Shown in pieces: positions 21,701 to 27,700 of a stretch of DNA of 64,000 nt. The translations under genes were made by a program, and so were the position numbers. Position 1 is the first letter of the stretch. The number at the start of each line of letters is the position of its first letter. Source of the DNA: an uncultured Verrucomicrobiae bacterium (GTDB lineage Bacteria; Verrucomicrobiota; Verrucomicrobiia; Chthoniobacterales; JAFAMB01); assembly GCA_963804425.1 (NCBI GenBank), contig CAWDQF010000009.1, forward strand, positions 92,666 through 156,665, written 5' to 3'. The notes below the pieces were generated by a model. That model did not search any database and had not been told where the DNA came from. It saw nothing but the letters and a program-made list of their open reading frames with translations.

Positions 21701-24700
21701 GAGCTTTTCCGGGGCCCAATACCGTTCCCCGGCAAAGGGATAGGTCGGTAGAGCAATTCGCTTCACGACAACACTCTCATAGAGCCGTTCCCATTCGACG
21801 TGACCGCCGGAAACCCAGAACCGGGCAAGCTTCGACCATTTCCGCTGCCGAATTATGGCCTCGAGGAACGCCTCGCCTTCGTCGCCATCGAGCAGCGGCT
21901 GAAGTCTCTCAGCACCTTCTCGAGCACTGCCTCGATAAAGTCCCTCACTGGCATCGCCGGAAAGAAATCGTGCCAGATTCGTGCCGGCCTCAGCTAAGTC
22001 GTTCGCAACAAACGCCAGGCGTTCTTCTAAGGGCTCGCGTCCAATCTGCAGCGTGTACGCGATGTCTCTGGGGGACGCCTCGCAGGGGTTGGCCCGGGAC
22101 AAATAACTTGCCAGCTGTTCTGCTCTCGCCCGGAGACGGTCCTCGCTCCCGGCAGATAAAATGAAGAGAGCCGGTCCCAAGCTCGGACTCACGTCGGGCG
22201 CTTGAGAGTCCCCACCAACAAACTCGTCGATCAAGACGTGTGCATTAGCACCGCCCGCTCCAAAAGAGCTGACTCCGGCCCTCCGAACCGGCCGATTATT
22301 GCAGGATGCCTGTGGCTTCCAAGTCTCGACTGTCTGCGGCACGTAAAAAATCGATTCAGCAAAACTGATATTCGGGTTTGGTGTTGCCGAATGCAGGGAC
22401 CGCACGATCTGTCCGTGCTTCATTTGCAATAGAACTTTCGTCACCCCCGCAATCCCGGCGGCTGACTCGAGATGACCTATATTCGATTTCACTGAACCCA
22501 CCGCGCAAGAGTGCGACTCTAGTGATGAGACAGCGGCTTCGCGAAAGGCTCTTGTCATCCCGGCGATCTCTATCGGATCACCCAACGCCGTACCCGTTCC
22601 GTGCGCCTCCACGTAATTTATCGTCTGCGGATTAACCTGACCGAGAGTGAGTGCTTCCAGAATCAATTCCGCCTGTGCCTTCGGATTCGGGACCGTATAA
22701 CCGTTCGTCTTCCCACCATGATTGAGGCTGCTCGCCTTAACGATTGCGTGGACGTGATCGCCATCGGCAATCGCCTGAGCCAAAGGCTTCAATAAAACTG
22801 CCCCAACCCCTTCGCCGGGCACATAGCCATCGCCGCCTTCGCCGAAACTCCGGCATCGCCCGTCACTTGCGGCAAATCCGCCCGGGCTCAGCAGCATATC
22901 CTTATGCGGATGCAACGTCGCGTTCACCCCACCTGCCAAAGCAAGCTCGCTCTCGCCACGTCGTAGACTTTCGCAAGCCAAATGAATCGCGGTGAGCGAC
23001 GACGAACACATCGTATCAATAGCCATGCTCGGTCCGCGCCAATCGAAAACGTAGGAGACGCGGTTGGCTATCGAGGCGTAAGAGGAACTCAGAGGGAAGA
23101 CGCTGCCGGTTTCGACGTTACCAGCGCCGTGCAGCTGGTACTCGCCGTACATTACGCCGACAAACACACCCACTTTCTTGCTCGCCAGAGCCGATTTCCG
23201 ATAACCCGCGTCCTCAACGGTTCTCCAAGCTGTCTCGAGAAAAAGTCTTTCTTGAGGATCCAGGGCAAATGCTTCTCGCGGCGTAATATTGAAGAACTGC
23301 GCGTCGAATCGATCGACGTGGTTCAAAAAACCGCCCCATTTGTTCCGGGTCTTTCCCGGTTTCCCGGGTTCAGGATCGTAAAATAACCGGTAGTCCCAGC
23401 GCTCTGGCGGGATTTCCACGATACAATCCTTCCCGTTCAGCAGGTTCTCCCAGAACTGGTCAAGATCGTCAGCCATCGGATAACGGCCAAACACTCCAAT
23501 GATTGCAACATCGTTTGAGGCCACCTCCGTTGGGATCGACACTCTCGTCAGTTTCTCCTCGGATGCCGAAGGCGGTCGCTGTGGCGGGGGGATCGATTGT
23601 TCGGATGCGCCTCTCATGACTTCGGAGCCACCCGCGCTAAACAATTCCTCCAGTCGCACTGCGTGCGAGGACAGAAAATAACCGGCCAGCTCAGAAAGAT
23701 TGCGATGCTCAAACAGCAGTGTTTTAGAGAGATCGCCAAAGTCCCCTTCCAACTTTTGCGTGAACTCCAACACCATGATGGAATCGACGCCAAACTTCTC
23801 GAGCGGATCTGTCGGCTGAATCCTGCTTACTGGAATCTTGACCAGCTCGGAGAACGCGCAGGTAAGATACTTGAGCGTTTCGTCGCGCATTCTTGAGGAC
23901 CCCGCCGAATTCTCCGCGAATTTAGCGCGCTCCTCCGACTGCCGAATCCGACGTCCCTCCTGAGGAGGCGCAATCAGTGAGTAGACGCTCTCCTTGCGCC
24001 CGACTAATCCAACGATCTCGGGTGCGCCGGCCCGAAGCGCCGTTTCAAAAATCAAAAAGCCAGTCTCGTCCTCCAGGGCTTTAAGACCAACCTGCGATAA
24101 TTTGCGAAGTTCGAGTTCCTCGTTCGAATGCATGCCGCCGTTTCGCCAGGCAGGCCAGCCGATTGACACCGTGACTCCGGCGCATTCGCTGCGACGGCGG
24201 CGTCGTTCACGCAAATGCGCAAATTCGTCAAGAAAGCGGTTCGCATACGCATAATCGCTCTGACCAACGTTCCCGAAAACGCCGGCGATCGAAGAGAACA
24301 ATACAAAGAAATCCAGAGGATCTTTCGTCGTGAGCTCATCTAGCGCAATCGCTCCAAATACCTTTGGCCGGATGACACTAGCGAAATCCTCTTTGTTCAA
24401 GATGAAGCCGTCTCGGATTACGCCGGCGGCATGGATTACTCCGTGAATTTCGCCGAACCGACTCCGTCCTTTAGCGAGCGCTGTTTCCAGGTCTTGTCGG
24501 ACCGCCACATCCGCACCCAGATAAAGCGGCTTGGCGCCGAGACTTTCCAGCTCATTGAGGAATGTGGTCTGTTCCGCGGTCGCCTCAGAACGACCGAGAA
24601 GAATCAGTCGCGCTTGATACGCTTTCGCCAGGTATCGGGCAAAGATCCGGCCCAAACCTCCCAGACCGCCGGCGATAAGGTAAACGCCTCTTTCGCGCAA

Positions 24701-27700
24701 CGGTAGTTCAGCCAAAGACTCTGGTAGCAAAAGTTCCAGCCCTCTGACCTGGCGTTCGCCATCGACGTAACGAACCTCAGTATCACGGGCCTGATCCCGG
24801 AGTTCGCAGATGAGCTGGGACGCACCCGCGACGACCGATTCGACTACCTTGAGACGGATATTTGGTCGCTCCTGCTGCAGCGTTCGCGCGTAGCCAGCAA
24901 GGGCGGCATACGCGGGATTCTCCACCGATTGGTACGGCACGAGCAGTTGGATCGGACTATTGATTCCTTGAAGGAGCAACGTCCGAACAAAGCTAAAAAG
25001 AGGCAAGATACAGCGGTCGAGAGCTTCACTGGTGTCGCCGCACGACGTCGCCCACCGATAGATCACGAAATCCGGCGGTCTGATCTGTAGCAGTTTTTCG
25101 AAATCTTGAATCGAATCCGGTTGAACGCGGAACCCCACCTCGAGCGGTTGAAAGAAAGCCCCAGGAATGACAGGCACAACATCGAGCCCAGGGTAGACCC
25201 GACTAATTTCGTTCGCCATTTCTTCGTCCGAATCGAACAGGAGCAGGCGCCCGCTCAATTGAGTCGGTATCGCTCCTAACGGTGTTTTCCGCCAAGTCGG
25301 CCGAACGTAAATCGGCTCATCATGTTCGGCAGATGACTCGACCGCAAGCGCACGCATCGCCAACCCATTTAGTTCAACCAGCACCTGACCTAGATCGTTC
25401 AGCAAGTCGATGTCAAAGCGGAGCAGCCCGTTCTCCTCAACTCCCCGTCTGACGTGAGCGTAACAATTGGCGCCGAGTTCACCGAAGCGTACCTCGCGCA
25501 ATGCGAAAGGAACCGGCAAGCCGAGTCCCTGTCCTCGACCCAATACGGCTATCGTTTGCAGCGCCCCATCGAGGAGACCCGGATGCAGGCAGAACTCGAC
25601 TGCCGCCGGCGTGATGCGCGCCGGCACCTCAAGCCTAGCTAAAGCTTCGTTCTGGCCGACCCAGATCTCCTGAATCGTTCGGAAGGCTGGTCCCAACGCG
25701 AGTCCGGCCTCGGCACAGCGCGCGTAAATCAGGTCAGACGATTCGGTGTGCGCGCACCGGGCGCGGATGAGTGACAGATCCTCTCGTCGCTCCGGCAAGT
25801 TGACGCCGCAAATTGCTCTACCCTCAGCGTGCAGGATGTCTCCGTCTCCAGACCATATCCCGAACCGCACCTCATGACCGTCCCGGCTCAACCGGATTGC
25901 GACCCGCTTTGCTTTATCGCAGTCAAGCGGTCGGAGCCAGGCAACATTTTTAAGCGACAACCGAGACTCATTGGTGAGCCGTCGCGTCGCCGCGATGGCC
26001 ATCTCCAGGTATGCCACGCCCGGAAGGATTTTCACACCTCTTATCCGGTGCTCGTTCAGAAAAAACTCGGAGCCCTCAAACGACGAAAGAAACTCGTTCC
26101 GGTCGGACGCCGAGTTGTTGAGATGAACCAACGGATGCAACCGCTCTTGGCGAGCCCGGCCGAGCCCGTCTTCCGATGCATCTCCTTTGACAACTGGTGC
26201 AATCCAGTAACGCTCGCGGGCAAACGGATAGGTCGGTAACGAAATCCGCTGATGTCGTTCTCCCGCATGCAGAAGCTTGCCGTCGAAGTCATGGCCTTTT
26301 ACGTAAAGTGCCGCGAGCGCACTCAGTTTTTCCCGGTAGTTCGGTCCGCCTTTTTGCGAAATAGTCTCCTTCAGCAGCGCCTCGGCAAGGGTACCAAAGA
26401 CCGCCGCATCGGATTGGTCAGAACGGTTTCCGGGCGATCGCCAAATGTTGTTTGTCAACTCGCCGCTAACCGTCCGCTTGAGCGCGTCGTGTAATTCCCC
26501 GATGGAACTCACCACGCAGGCGCAACGATGCTCGAAGTGGCCTCGGCCTACGTTCAACGTGAAGCTGATCTGCTCTAAGTCGGTTGATGACTCTTGTTCA
26601 CCCAGCCAGTCGCACAACTGCTTCAGCTGACGCTGTAGGGCCTCCTCTGATTTCGCCGAGAGCGCTACTAGGTACGCCAGTTTCAATGCCTCGCGCTTCG
26701 GCGTTTCCTTCCGGGGTGCTTCCTCCAGCACCAAATGGCTGTTGGTGCCACTAAACCCAAAAGAACTGATCGCCGCTCGCCTCGGTTGTCCAGAAACCGC
26801 CGGCCAATCTTGAACCGCAACATTTACGAAGAACGGGCTACCTGCAAAGTCGATGTAGGGATTGACCTTTTGCAAATTTAACGAGGGCGGAATCTTCGAA
26901 TGTCGCAACGAAAGCAACACCTTGATGACCGAGCACACACCGGCAGCCGCCATCGTGTGACCAATATTCGTTTTAACCGAACCGATTCCGCAGAACGATT
27001 TGTTCGATGTGGATTTCTTAAACGCGGCGGTGAGAGCCTCAATTTCGATCGGGTCGCCAAGCTTGGTGCCCGTTCCGTGAGCTTCTACGTATTGGAACGT
27101 TTCGGGCTTTAAACTGAACTTCTCGTATACTTCCAGTTCGACCTGGGTCTGCGAGAGGCTGCTCGGAGCGGTAATCCCGTTGGTCCGCCCATCCTGGTTG
27201 ATGGCTGACCCTTTGATCACTCCGTCGATGTGATCACCATCCCGGAGAGCAACGCTGAGGGGTTTGAGAACCAAGACCCCAACCGCTTCGCCAGGAACGA
27301 ATCCATCAGCCCGCTCATCGAACGTCTTACATTGACCGTCCGGCGACAACATCCCCATATTGCCCAAAGCTACGTAGGCTTTTTCTGAGGCGAAGACACG
27401 CACTCCTCCCGCCAGCGCCAGATCGCACTCACCATTAATGAGACTCTGGCAAGCCAAATGGATGGCGACTAATGATGAGGAACAAGCAGTGTTGATCGCA
27501 ATGCTTGGCCCCTTCAGATCCAGAAAATAAGCGATCCGCGCTGCAAGTATGGATTCAGCATTACCCTGAAACACCGGCGCATTTTGGTTGCGATCACCTG
27601 ACTCCATTAGCACGTGCAAGTAGTCGCCAGGCTCAACGCCCACGAAGACGCCGCATTTCTTTGCGAGCTGAGCGGATGGACCCGCGTACCCAGCGTCCTC

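Noticed and set aside
11501-26146. Repeated DH-KR-ACP-KS blocks, which could have been annotated as DNA repeats or evidence of a mobile or duplicated element.
   Set aside because: The similarity is at protein-motif level (for example NAGQxDYAYANAYLDAF...RSGRTLSINWPLW in KR7 and KR8), while the nucleotide sequences have diverged substantially. This is ancient module duplication, not a repeat element.
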